From assembly GCF_006345805.1 (NCBI RefSeq), contig NC_042999.1, forward strand, positions 152,272,001 through 152,336,000: a stretch of 64,000 nt of DNA, in the 5' to 3' direction. Positions 44,381 through 57,612 of this stretch are shown in pieces. Every line of letters starts with the position of its first letter. Position 1 is the stretch's first letter. The notes under the pieces are model-generated. The model saw only the letters and a program-made list of their open reading frames with translations. It did not search any database and was not told the DNA's origin. Made by a program: the position numbers and the translations under genes. The stretch is from Octopus sinensis. Lineage: Eukaryota.

Positions 44381-47300
44381 ATTAACAATTAAGGAACGGC
44401 CATAATAGGCCATTCACCCACTAGAAATAACAGCCAAAGCTTCTACCGCAAATAAAGATTAATTCCGTAAACAGGAGAAAAAAAAAAAAACATTTACCCT
44501 GTAATTTCTTGTACGGTATACCGTTTCATCTGCTGTTTAATGGTAAACTAACCTGATTAAATTAAATCAAGCCAATCTTCCATAAGCCCTCAGATTCTTC
44601 AGCAAGAAATAGCTCAAGTCGGAACAGATATTTACACGAGGCATACCCAATCCTGCCAAGGCAATATCTGACCTAAAATTTTCAAATCGTCGCACTCGCG
44701 CCAAATTTATCGGCAGCAAATAAATATCAGCCGTCGATTCCATTACGGAATTAACCAAAAAATTCATAATTAATCAATATAGGGTGGCAAGGAAAATTTT
44801 GTAGAATTTTATTGCCACCAGCGGCCCAGTGGGAAAAAAATTAAATAGTCATAGACCATTTTTAAGTTCAACATTAACAATTAAGGAACGGCCATAATAG
44901 GCCATTCACCCACTAGAAATAACAGCCAAAGCTTCTACCGAATAAAGATTAATTCCGTAAACAGGAGAAAATTAAAAAAACATTTACCCTGTAATTTCTT
45001 GTACGGTATACCGTTTCATCTGCTGTTTAATGGTAAAATAACCTGATTAAATTAAATCAAGCCAATCTTCCATAAGCCCTCAGATTCTTCAGCAAGAAAT
45101 AGCTCAAGTCGGAAGAGATATTTACACGAGGCATACCAATCCTGCCAAGGCAATATCTGACCTAAAATTTTCAAATCGTCGCACTCGCGCCAAATTTATC
45201 GGCAGCAAATAAATATCAGCCGTCGATTCCATTACGGAATTAACCAAAAATTCATAATTAATCAATATAGGGTGGCAAGGAAAATTTTGTAGAATTTTAT
45301 TGCCACCAGCGGCCCAGTGGGAAAAAAATTAAATAGTCATAGACCATTTTTAAGTTCAACATTAACAATAAGGAACGGCCATAATAGGCCATTCACCCAC
45401 TAGAAATAACAGCCAAAGCTTCTACCGCAATAAAGATTAATTCCGTAAACAGGAGAAAATTAAAAAAACATTTACCCTGTAATTTCTTGTACGGTATACC
45501 GTTTCATCTGCTGTTTAATGGTAAACTAACCTGATTAAATTAATCAAGCCAATCTTCCATAAGCCCTCAGATTCTTCAGCAAGAAATAGCTCAAGTCGGA
45601 ACAGATATTTACACGAGGCATACCCAATCCTGCCAAGGCAATATCTGACCTAAAATTTTCAAATCGTCGCACTCGCGCAAATTTATCGGCAGCAAATAAA
45701 TATCAGCCGTCGATTCCATTACGGAATTAACCAAAAATTCATAATTAATCAATATAGGGTGGCAAGGAAAATTTTGTAGAATTTTATTGCCACCAGCGGC
45801 CCAGTGGGAAAAAAATTAAATAGTCATAGACCATTTTTAAGTTCAACATTAACAATTAAGGAACGGCCATAATAGGCCATTCACCCACTAGAAATAACAG
45901 CCAAAGCTTCTACCGCAAATAAAGATTAATTCCGTAAACAGGAGAAAATTAAAAAAACATTTACCCTGTAATTTCTTGTACGGTATACCGTTTCATCTGC
46001 TGTTTAATGGTAAACTAACCTGATTAAATTAAATCAAGCCAATCTTCCATAAGCCCTCAGATTCTTCAGCAAGAAATAGCTCAAGTCGGAACAGATATTT
46101 ACACGAGGCATACCCAATCCTGCCAAGGCAATATCTGACCTAAAATTTTCAAATCGTCGCACTCGCGCCAAATTTATCGGCAGCAAATAATATCAGCCGT
46201 CGATTCCATTACGGAATTAACCAATGGAATCGACGGCTGAATTTATTTTGCTGCCGATAAATTTGGCGCGAGTGCGACGATTTGAAAATTTTAGGTCAGA
46301 TATTGCCTTGGCAGGATTGGGTATGCCTCGTGTAAATAAATATCTGTTCCGACTTGAGCTATTTCTTGCTGAAGAATCTGAGGGCTTATGGAAGATTGGC
46401 TTGATTTAATTTAATCAGGTTAGTTTACCATTAAACAGCAATGTGAAACGGTATACCGTACAAGAAATTACAGGGTAAATGTTTTTTTAATTTTCTCCTG
46501 TTTACGGAATTAATCTTTATTTGCGGTAGAAGCTTTGGCTGTTATTTCTAGTGGGTGAATGGCCTATTATGGCCGTTCCTTAATTGTTAATGTTGAACTT
46601 AAAAATGGTCTATGACTATTTAATTTTTTTCCCACTGGGCCGCTGGTGGCAATAAAATTCTACAAAATTTTCCTTGCCACCCTATATTGATTAATTATGA
46701 ATTTTTTGGTTAATTCCGTAATGGAATCGACGGCTGATATTTATTTGCTGCCGATAAATTTGGCGCGAGTGCGACGATTTGAAAATTTTAGGTCAGATAT
46801 TGCCTTGGCAGGATTGGGTATGCCTCGTGTAAATATCTGTTCCGACTTGAGCTATTTCTTGCTGAAGAATCTGAGGGCTTATGGAAGATTGGCTTGATTT
46901 AATTTAATCAGGTTAGTTTACCATTAAACAGCAGATGAAACGGTATACCGTACAAGAAATTACAGGGTAAATGTTTTTTTAATTTTCTCCTGTTTACGGA
47001 ATTAATCTTTATTTGCGGTAGAAGCTTTGGCTGTTATTTCTAGTGGGTGAATGGCCTATTATGGCCGTTCCTTAATTGTTAATGTTGAACTTAAAAATGG
47101 TCTATGACTATTTAATTTTTTTCCACTGGGCCGCTGGTGGCAATAAAATTCTACAAAATTTTCCTTTGCACCCTATATTGATTAATTATGAATTTTTTGG
47201 TTAATTCCGTAATGGAATCGACGGCTGATATTTATTTGCTGCCGATAAATTTGGCGCGAGTGCGACGATTTGAAAATTTTAGGTCAGATATTGCCTTGGC

Positions 47301-48686
47301 AGGATTGGGTATGCCTCGTGTAAATATCTGTTCCGACTTGAGCTATTTCTTGCTGAAGAATCTGAGGGCTTATGGAAGATTGGCTTGATTTAATTTAATC
47401 AGGTTAGTTTACCATTAAACAGCAGATGAAACGGTATACCGTACAAGAAATTACAGGGTAAATGTTTTTTTAATTTTCTCCTGTTTACGGAATTAATCTT
47501 TATTTGCGGTAGAAGCTTTGGCTGTTATTTCTAGTGGGTGAATGGCCTATTATGGCCGTTCCTTAATTGTTAATTGTTAATGTTGAACTTAAAAATGGTC
47601 TATGACTATTTAAATTTTTTTCCCACTGGGCCGCTGGTGGCAATAAAATTCTACAAAATTTTCCTTGCCACCCTATATTGATTAATTATGAATTTTTGGT
47701 AATTCCGTAATGGAATCGACGGCTGATATTATTTGCTGCCGATAAATTTGGCGCGAGTGCGACGATTTGAAAATTTTAGGTCAGATATTGCCTTGGCAGG
47801 ATTGGGTATGCCTCGTGTAAATATCTGTTCCGACTTGAGCTATTTCTTGCTGAAGAATCTGAGGGCTTATGGAAGATTGGCTTGATTTAATTTAATCAGG
47901 TTAGTTTACCATTAAAAACAGCAGATGAAACGGTATACGTACAAGAAATTACAGGGTAAATGTTTTTTTAATTTTCTCCTGTTTACGGAATTAATCTTAT
48001 TTGCGGTTTGGTAGAAGCTTTGGCTGTTATTTCTAGTGGGTGAATGGCCTATTATGGCCGTTCCTTAATTGTTAATGTTGAACTTAAAAATGGTCTATGA
48101 CTATTTAATTTTTTCCCACTGGGCCGCTGGTGGCAATAAAATTCTACAAAATTTTCTTGCCACCCTATATTGATTAATTATGAATTTTTGGGTTAATTCC
48201 GTAATGGAATCGACGGCTGATATTATTTGCTGCCGATAAATTTGGCGCGAGTGCGACGATTGAAAATTTTAGGTCAGATATTGCCTTGGCAGGATTGGGT
48301 ATGCTCGTTGTAAATATCTGTTCCGACTTGAGCTATTTCTTGCTGAAGAATCTGAGGGCTTATGGAAGATTGGCTTGATTTAATTTAATCAGGTTAGTTT
48401 ACCATTAAAAAGCAGATGAAACGGTATACCGTACAAGAAATTACAGGGTAAATGTTTTTTAAGTTTTAATTTACCTTTACATTTCTCCTGTTACGGAATT
48501 AATCTTTATTTGCGGTAGAAGCTTTGGCTGTTATTTCTAGTGGGTGAATGGCCTATTATGGCCGTTCTAATTGTTAATGTGTGAAACTTAAAAATGGTCT
48601 ATGACTATTTAATTTTTTTCCCACTGGGCCGCTGGTGGCAATAAAATTCTACAAAATTTTCTTGCCACCCTATATTGATTAATTAT
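44381..48686. repeat. ~490-bp-unit tandem array (about 8.8 copies) with internal orientation switch
   Basis: Units start at 44381, 44873, 45361 and 45848. The orientation flips at 46223 and about 5 reversed units follow, ending at 48686. Confidence 0.97.
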
Positions 48687-49522
48687 ATAAGTATATATAT
48701 ATATATGTATATGTGTATATGTGTGTATATATATGTACATAAATATATGTATGTATATATATACATGTTCTTATTTCTATTTACTAATTCCTATTCATCG
48801 GGTTTGTATTTAATATGACATTTATTTCCTTTTTTCTATAAGTTATTCTCCAATATTCTTGAATTGAATAATTTCAATATCTTAATTATTCAATAATAAT
48901 AAGAAGAAACATTATTATTACTTTTTTCTGCAACTCTTCTTGTTTCTGTTTTCGGGAGTATTATTTTCACTGTTTATCAAAATACAACGTTGTAACAATT
49001 TACTTAGTCTCAAACAAAACTATCGCCTCACATCTTGTAATGTTTGTCGGGTGTCAATGGAAGTTGCAGATCGCCAGGGAGAAAAACAAATTCACGCGCA
49101 GAAGATTGACATAAGGATAGAGAGGAAAGACACTGATTTACTGGAAATAAAAGTCAAAACTCCTGTTTCCAGCAGTTGGACATACACAGTATGTCCTTTG
49201 ATTAATATAAATTTTAATCCTTCAGCAATTTTATGCTTTTTGGTGCCCGCAATCTCCTGTATTATTAATTCTGTTATTATCAATTTAATTATTTTATGTT
49301 AGATAACAATAGAGTTAATGCTATCTTCGCCAATATTTTCTGCCGAATTATTTGGTCCATCTATGTATATATATATATATATATATATGTTATGTATGTG
49401 TGTGTGTGTGTGTGTGTGTTTGTATAAATGTATGTATGTATATATATATATGTATATGTTTATATGTATATGTGTGTGTAATATAACATACCCACACACT
49501 CACACACATATATACATACATA

Positions 49523-49581
<59 letters not shown>

Positions 49582-49676
49582 GACACAGGGTAAGCCATGA
49601 TCAGCAGGTGGTTCTCCCAGAGTGAGACCCTTCCATTGCACTCCGGTTGAGTTGACCTTTGCGATCACCCCAAATG

Positions 49677-50062
49677 TGGTGCAGGAGTGGTTGTGTGTTA
49701 AGAAGCTTGCTTCCCAACCACATGGTTCCTGGTTCGGTCCCAATGCTTGACACCCTGGGCAAGTGTCTTCTTATGTAGCCTCGGGCCGACCAAACCCTTG
49801 TGAGTGGATTTGGTAGACAGAAACTGAAAGAAGCCCGTCGCATATACAATTATACGTATGTATTTGTATATCTGTGTTTGTCCCCCCCCCCCACCATCGC
49901 TTGACAACAGATGGTGTATTTATATACTCGTAACTTAGCCGTTCGGCAAAACAGACCGATAAAATAAGTACTAGGCTTATAAAGAATAAGTCCTGGGGTC
50001 GATTTGTTCAACTAAAGGTGGTGCTCCAGCATGACCGCAGTCAAATGACTGAAACAAGCAAA
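49677..50062 (+). mobile_element. SINE family 2, full length
   Basis: Head GTGCAGGAGTGGTTGTGTGTTAAG, conserved body. Confidence 0.88.
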
Positions 50063-50859
50063 AAAATTTTAAAATATGTTAAATAATGAGTACGGAAGAC
50101 GAGAGTGTAACTAGAGGTATATATTTGCACAACAATCGTTTTGGCTTCATTCTACACTGCTCTCTGAACGGCTAGCACCATCAGCATATATTTTAAAATG
50201 AAAATGAAATGTAAATCCGGTAATTTTTTAAGTATTTTATGTCACCTGATGAAGCCCTTTTGCACTGTTCGTTATATCTGGTGTCATTACACTGTCCCAC
50301 CCCCGACCGACCGTGGTCGAGACTTATAGTCTTTTCAAATGGCTAATAATGTGTGCGCGCGCCACTACTACACACATTGGAAAGCATTGTACAACCAAGT
50401 ACTAAAGAAGATCTTTCCTCCTCCATGAAACAAAGCTGTTCCCGCTGGACGTCAACCCAGTATTTCTAAGCTACGGACCGAGTGATTTATTGTAAGGTTA
50501 TCTCCCTAGATAGATTGCCTTCACTACGGCTAAGGAGCCCTTTCTACCCCACTAGGGAGCAGTACAGAATGAGGTCGAAACAATTGTTGTGCTAATAAAT
50601 GCTTCTAGTTACAAACTATCTTCCTTATTAACCATTAAAAATATACTCTACGTAAATCTCGGAATTCCGGACGTAGATTCAACGACGAACTCAGTATCGC
50701 TGATGACGCCTGATAGCTATAAGTGGTGAACGTGCTCTGCAGGCTCCACCACCTGGGACCTACTCTGAAACAAGGTTTGGATACTGTATATAATGCCTCC
50801 TTTCTAAACCTTAATTCTTTAATTGTAAATTTAAACTATTGATAGATAGATAGATAGAT

Positions 50860-50909
<50 letters not shown>

Positions 50910-50922
50910 GTAGATAGATAGG

Positions 50923-50977
<55 letters not shown>

Positions 50978-50992
50978 GTAGATAGATAGATA

Positions 50993-53262
50993 TGTTTCTT
51001 TATTAGCCACACAGGGCTGCACACAGATAGAACAAATTACAAGTAGTAGAGCTTTTCTTTTGCAGTTTAAAAAAAAAAAAAAAAGGGAGGGGAGGTTCGA
51101 TCAAAAGGGATCGTCGTAAAAGGAGAGAGAGACAGAGGACAAAAAAAGAAGGGAGGGGATTAAAAAAAAGGGGGGAGAGGAGGAAAAAAAAAAATTGATC
51201 AATAGGGATCGTTATCACAGAAATGTCAATATGAAGTGTAAAGGGGAGGACAGGTGAGGTTTACCGTGGAAAGAAAAGCCTACGGAAAAGACCACGGAAC
51301 CTCGGTCAATGGAGTCACATGTTATATTTCTTTTTTTTTTTTTTTGCAAATAAGCAACTCTCTGTTTTCAATTTCTGGGTTCATAGGATCATGCTCAAGG
51401 TGGCTTCGTCATTCATACGTGCCATTCTTGCTACATTCACCCATCTTTTTTAAAACATTCGCTAGACAAAACTTGCTCTCTACTTCAATTTCCTTTTCAA
51501 GTGGTACTTGAAGAAGTTGATGAGAGATTGACCAGAGAGGAAAGTGTTTGTCTCCAATCCTTTCAGACGCGTCCACCAGATACATTCTTTCGCCATAGCC
51601 ACAAGGATGATGAAAATAGCTCTTCCTTCCCGTGTTGAAGGAGGGAGGCGTGACAATATTAACGATAGACTCAGCTGATAAAACGACTCGTCCCACACGT
51701 GACAGCAGTTGTTCGACACAAGCCCACAGGTCGGAAATTGTTGGACACTGCACGAGTGCGTGCAGAACGGTTTCGTCGCTCTGACCGCAATCTCGGGCAG
51801 GTCGGCCCCATGTTTCTCGAGCCGTGTCTGTAGAGCTTATCCCGAACGGGTAGCGCTTCTCGGTAGCACTGCCAGGCCAGGGATCTCTGGAAGTTGTCCA
51901 TGGGCCCTGGCCGAAAGTCGTCCTGAACAGGCGGGTCAGGTACTCCTCGTCGACGTCCAGGTTCGCCCCGAGCTCGTCGTCGTACCTCCCCTCCACTAAG
52001 CCCCTATAGAATGCTTTCGTTGTGTTGAAGTCACTTAAGGTCGACCCAGGACGGCAGAGTTGCTTGAGAGCAACGCGACCAATCGCGGTGCCATTCGCCC
52101 TTCTCCGTCGCCTCTTTTTGATCCACGACTGCAGTTCAGTCATGGAGACGAGCTGCGGGAAAGCGTGCCTCACAAACGCGACCACACCTGTTCACCATCG
52201 TCTACGTAGAGCCAGAGATGTCGCAGTCTCAGCGCGTATCTGCGCATCATCAAACCACGGCATGCCCAGCCCTCCTTTTAAACGGGTGTTGACAGCAAAT
52301 GGATCGCCTGACCATCGGGACGCATCCTTTCACAAGAAGCGAAAGAGAATGCGTTTGTAGTTTGGTGATGGTAGGTAAGGGTCAGGACAAGGTACGACGG
52401 TCAGGCGGTAGTAGATGACGGACGCGATGTACGTGTTCGCCACCTCCGCTCGACCTTTTAGGGACAGTTTCCTCTCGGCCCATTGCCGGGCGAGAGTGAC
52501 CACCCTACTCGTTATCTCGTTCCAGTTCTTCTCCACCTGGAGGTCCGGACCAAACCAGACCCCGAGCAACCAACCACCGGGCCGTCGGTCCAGCGTCCCA
52601 CGACGGAGGCGCTGGTGGACGGCATGGGCTTGCTTCTCCAGGTGCCTAGTCGCAAGCCCACTGACTTTTCCCGGTTGATTTTCGCTCCTGTCACCGCTTC
52701 GTAGTTTTTCAGTGTCTCGCCGACCAGCTCGATGTGCTCGTGGCTAGACACTATGACGGTGACGTCGTCCGCGTATGCAGACACGCTCGTCCCGCATCTC
52801 AATTCTCGCGGGATGCCCCTTAGAGTCGCCAGCTCCGCAGTAGTGGCTCAAGAGTCAATACGTATAGAAGCGCCGAGAGGGGGCATCCCTGACCGACCGA
52901 ACGAGCCGAAACGTGCAATGTCGAAAAGTCTCGATAGATGTCCATTTACGCGAATTACCGAACGGATGCCTCTGTACAAGGCAGCTATCCAGCCGCGGAA
53001 GACGGGACCGAAACGAAACCAGCCGCTCTCAGGACTGCCTCCAAGTATCGATGGTCTACCCTATCAAAGGCTTTCGATTGATCCAAGTTGATCAGGGCCC
53101 CACCCATGCCAGGTTCGTTAACTACCCTGTCTATGATGTAGCGCAGCAGATGGAGGTTGTCATGGATGGTCCGGCCTGGCACGGCGCAGGCCGGACCATC
53201 CATGACAACCTCCATCTGATGCGCTACATCATAGACAGGGTAGTTAACGAACCTGGCATGGG

Positions 53263-53263
<1 letters not shown>
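50993..53263 (-). mobile_element. 5'-truncated Tx1/L1-clade LINE (RT, C-terminal zinc finger, 3' UTR) between (GATA)n tracts
   Basis: Frameshifted pieces read PGRTIHDNLHLLRYII, LDQSKAFDRVDH, SAYADDVTV, LGVWFG, RKLSLKGRA and ETVLHALVQC. The 3' end CTAATAAAGAAACA runs into (TATC)n. Confidence 0.93.
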
Positions 53264-53293
<30 letters not shown>

Positions 53294-53294
53294 G

Positions 53295-53342
<48 letters not shown>

Positions 53343-53381
53343 GATAGATAGATAGATAGATAGATGGATAGATAGATAGAT

Positions 53382-53465
<84 letters not shown>

Positions 53466-53520
53466 GGATAGATAGATAAATAGATAGCTGGATAGGTAGA
53501 TAGTTAGATAGGTAGGTAGG

Positions 53521-53588
<68 letters not shown>

Positions 53589-53610
53589 GGATAGATAGAT
53601 AGATAGTTAG
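53264..53610. repeat. (GATA)n microsatellite (partner tract at 50838-50992)
   Basis: Direct reading. Confidence 0.95.
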
Positions 53611-55001
53611 AGAGAGATAGAGAGATACACACGCGCATATACACACACACATATGTGTATATGTGTATATATATGTGTATATATATGTGTATATATATAT
53701 AATGTGTGTGTGTGTGTATACATATGTGTATATATAGAGATACATACAGAGAGAGGGGGGGAAGAAGAGAGACAATGCTTTCTTCATTTGTATATCTATC
53801 TCCCTTTTCTTTCCTGATTTAGATTTTTTTGCTTCCATTCGTTCCACATTTCACTTACTTTTTCTCTCCCATTTCGCCACCCTTATCTCTCTCTCTCCCC
53901 TCTTCTCTCGCTCTCTCTCTCTGTTTTTTCCCTTTCCCTCTACCTTCCTGTCTCTGGTATGTTGTTTTTTCTATTCTTCTTTATATTGTTCTTTCTCTGC
54001 TTGATTGAGTTTTCCTAATTCCCCAACAGTGAAAACTCTTTCAGTGCACTTTAACACAATCTTTTACACTGTTCTCCCAGATCAGCTCAAAACAGAAATC
54101 CATTTAATAAATTTTTCTTTTGCTTCTTTTATTCATTTTACTTCATCTTCTTACTAAACTGACTGAACTAATCTCTTCATTAATTTTTGTCTTGTGTACC
54201 ATTTATGTATTTATCTACTTATTTATTTATCTCTTTATTTGTTTATTTGTTTATATATGTATGTATGTATGTATGTATTTATTGAAGTTAGCTAAACGTT
54301 AAAGGGGGTAGCGGTAAGAGTTGGTATTTCAACAGCTACAGCATCGTCATTCTATCACGGTTTTTTTTTTCTTCTTCTTCTTCTTCTCTTATTTAATTAT
54401 TTAATTTTCTGCATTTTATTGTTGTTTTTATTTTTACTTCTCATTTTATTGTCTTTCTTTGTTTTGTTTTTTCTGTGTGTTTTTGCTTTTGTTTTTTGGG
54501 GGTTTTTTTTTCTGTCTTTCGTTCTTTATTATTATTATTTCCTTCTGCAATATTTCTTTCACAATTCGTTTATAGTCAGTCTCATTTCCTCACGTCGCAC
54601 CAATTCTTTCTCCAAGATTCGATGTACTCAGACAAGCATAATACTACTCCTACCACCCAGTCACCACCAACACCCCCATCTTCGCTGTATTTAAAATCCA
54701 GACAAACCTCGCCACCATTTTATCAATTTTCTAAAAATATTTCTACATCTCTCTCTATCTCCCACTCCTTCTCCCCATCTCTCCCTCTCTATCTCTTTAT
54801 ATATTTCTTTATTTTTGCTTCTCTTCCTCATTCATTTTTTTCTCTTTATTACTTCTCCTCATTCTTTACTAAACTCTTTCGTTTTCTCCTACTCCCTCTA
54901 TTATTTCTCTCCCTCTCTGTCTCTCCCCTCTTACTATATATTTAGCACTTCTACTTTACTCTTTTTCCTTTTTACTCTACTCCTCTCTCCATCATTTTTC
55001 T

Positions 55002-55033
<32 letters not shown>

Positions 55034-55177
55034 ATATATATATATATATTATATAGAGGGCATTATTACACATAAATGCCTCACACTAAGAGGGATATAT
55101 ATATATATACATACATACATATCTATATCTATCTATCTATCTATTTACCTATCTCTCACTCTCTCTCTCTCTCTCTC

Positions 55178-55209
<32 letters not shown>

Positions 55210-55348
55210 CCATCAGTCTCTCTCTTGCTCTATTTTTCTCTCTGTCTCTATCTCTCTCTCCCCTTTGTTTCCTCTCTCTCTCTCTTTTCTCTCTCTTTCC
55301 TTCGCTCTCTCGCTCTCTTTCTCTCTTTCATCTCTCTCACTCTCTCTC

Positions 55349-55400
<52 letters not shown>

Positions 55401-55862
55401 GCTCTCAGTTCTTTCTCACTCCCACATTTCTCGCAGTTCTTCCCTGTTCTCGTCTCTGAATTATCTCCCGTTCTATCGCTCTCCATCTCTCTCTCTCTCT
55501 CTCCATCCTCCCAATTCAGCTATTTTACTCATTTTCTCTATATTTATGTAATTAAGAAATCGTTGTTCTTCACATTTCAGATTGTCAGATAAGTTTATCT
55601 GGGACAAAGAAGAAATAATGCCGTTCCAACGGCAATACGTCTGCTTGTCTTTGTCTTTAGCCGTTCAGTTCTTTCTCCTTTTTACTTCCTTGCTTCGCTT
55701 CTTTCTTTCTTTCTTTCTTTCTTCAACTAATCATTTGCAGAGTTTAAATTTAAAGAATGTGGAGTAAAAAGAAAGAACGTGCAATGAATGAAAGAACGAA
55801 CAAAAGAAAGAAAGAAAGATTGAACTTTGAGAAAAAGATTGAGAAGGAGAAAATCTGAACGG

Positions 55863-55893
<31 letters not shown>

Positions 55894-55982
55894 CTGTGTG
55901 TGCGTGTGTGTGTGTGTGTGCGTGCGTGTGTGTGTGTGTGTGTGTGTGCCCACAACGATACATACACACACAGGTATGTATG

Positions 55983-56026
<44 letters not shown>

Positions 56027-56050
56027 TACAACGATCGATACATACACACA

Positions 56051-56094
<44 letters not shown>

Positions 56095-56448
56095 GTATAT
56101 ATATATACATACATATATATACAAGCGAGAGAAAGGATATAAAGAGGGGGAGTTGTCTACGTGTACGTGTTTATATTTACATATATATACATATAAATAC
56201 GTACATATATACATATATACATGCATACATCTGTGGATAAAATTTAGAATTTATACATATATATATGTATATTTATACATATATATATATATGGACAGAT
56301 ACACATATATACGTATATGTAAGTATGTATATATGTATGCATGCATGTGTATATGTATGTATGTATGTATCGTGGAAGAACTGAGAAGACGGAAAGTGAA
56401 AGAAAGAGAGAGAGACACACAAATAGACAAGGAGAGCGAGGAGAACTA

Positions 56449-57558
56449 AGAGAAAGAGGGAGATAAGGGAAGTGAAAGTGTGAGTGAATTTGAGTAAAAG
56501 TGAATAGAAATGCAAAATATAGGGAAGGAAAAAAATGAGAAGGATATAAGGTGACAAATGGCAAACGGAAAGAGAAATGATTGAAGTATAGAGGAAAAAT
56601 GGAAAGACTGGTTAAATGACTTTAAAAGAAGAGACACAATCCAATTAGGAATTGCGCGAGGAGGAAAAGACAATAGAGAGGAAAAAAGAATATACGAGAG
56701 AGATAGACAGATTGGGTGTTGGTGTATATATATATTATATATATTATATATATATATATATATGTGTGTATGTATATGTATATGTATGTATATATGGGGA
56801 GAGAGAGAACGGAGGGGGTATGTAAACAGATCGATATATAGATATATAGACAGAGGGGAGGGAGGGAAGCGAGAGAAAGAGGGAGATAAGGGAAGTGAAA
56901 GTGTGAGTGAATTTGAGTAAAAGTGAATAGAAATGCAAAATATAGGGAAGGAAAAAAAAAATGAGAAGGATATAAGGTGACAAATGGCAAACGGAAAGAG
57001 AAATGATTGAAGTATAGAGGAAAATGGAAAGACTGGTTAAATGACTTTAAAAGAAGAGACACAATCCAATTAGGAATTGCGCGAGGAGGAAAAGACAATA
57101 GAGAGGAAAAAAGAATATACGAGAGAGATAGACAGATTGGGTGTTGGTGTATATATATATTATATATATTATATATATATATATATATGTGTGTATGTAT
57201 ATGTATATGTATGTATATATGGGGAGAGAGAGAACGGAGGGGGTATGTAAACAGATCGATATATAGATATATAGACAGAGGGAGGGAGGGAAGCGAGAGA
57301 AAGAGGGAGATAAGGGAAGTGAAAGTGTGAGTGAATTTGAGTAAAAGTGAATAGAAATGCAAAATATAGGGAAGGAAAAAATGAGAAGGATATAAGGTGA
57401 CAAATGGCAAACGGAAAGAGAAATGATTGAAGTATAGAGGAAAATGGAAAGACTGGTTAAATGACTTTAAAAGAAGAGACACAATCCAATTAGGAATTGC
57501 GCGAGGAAAAGACAATAGAGAGGAAAAAAGAATATACGAGAGAGATAGACAGATTGGC

Positions 57559-57612
<54 letters not shown>

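Noticed and set aside
44567-44767. Repeated 66-aa ORF MNFLVNSVMEST... in the 490-bp unit
   Set aside because: It is broken by indels in several copies and has no recognisable domain. It recurs only because the unit is repeated.
48940-49302. 120-aa ORF with hydrophobic ends, faintly receptor-like
   Set aside because: It has no ATG start, no clear splice sites and no convincing GPCR or Cys-loop motif.
50692-50790. CTGATGA ... GAAAC with flanking CAGTATC/GATACTG complementarity, a possible hammerhead
   Set aside because: The stem II closing pair and the stem III/cleavage register do not fit the hammerhead consensus.
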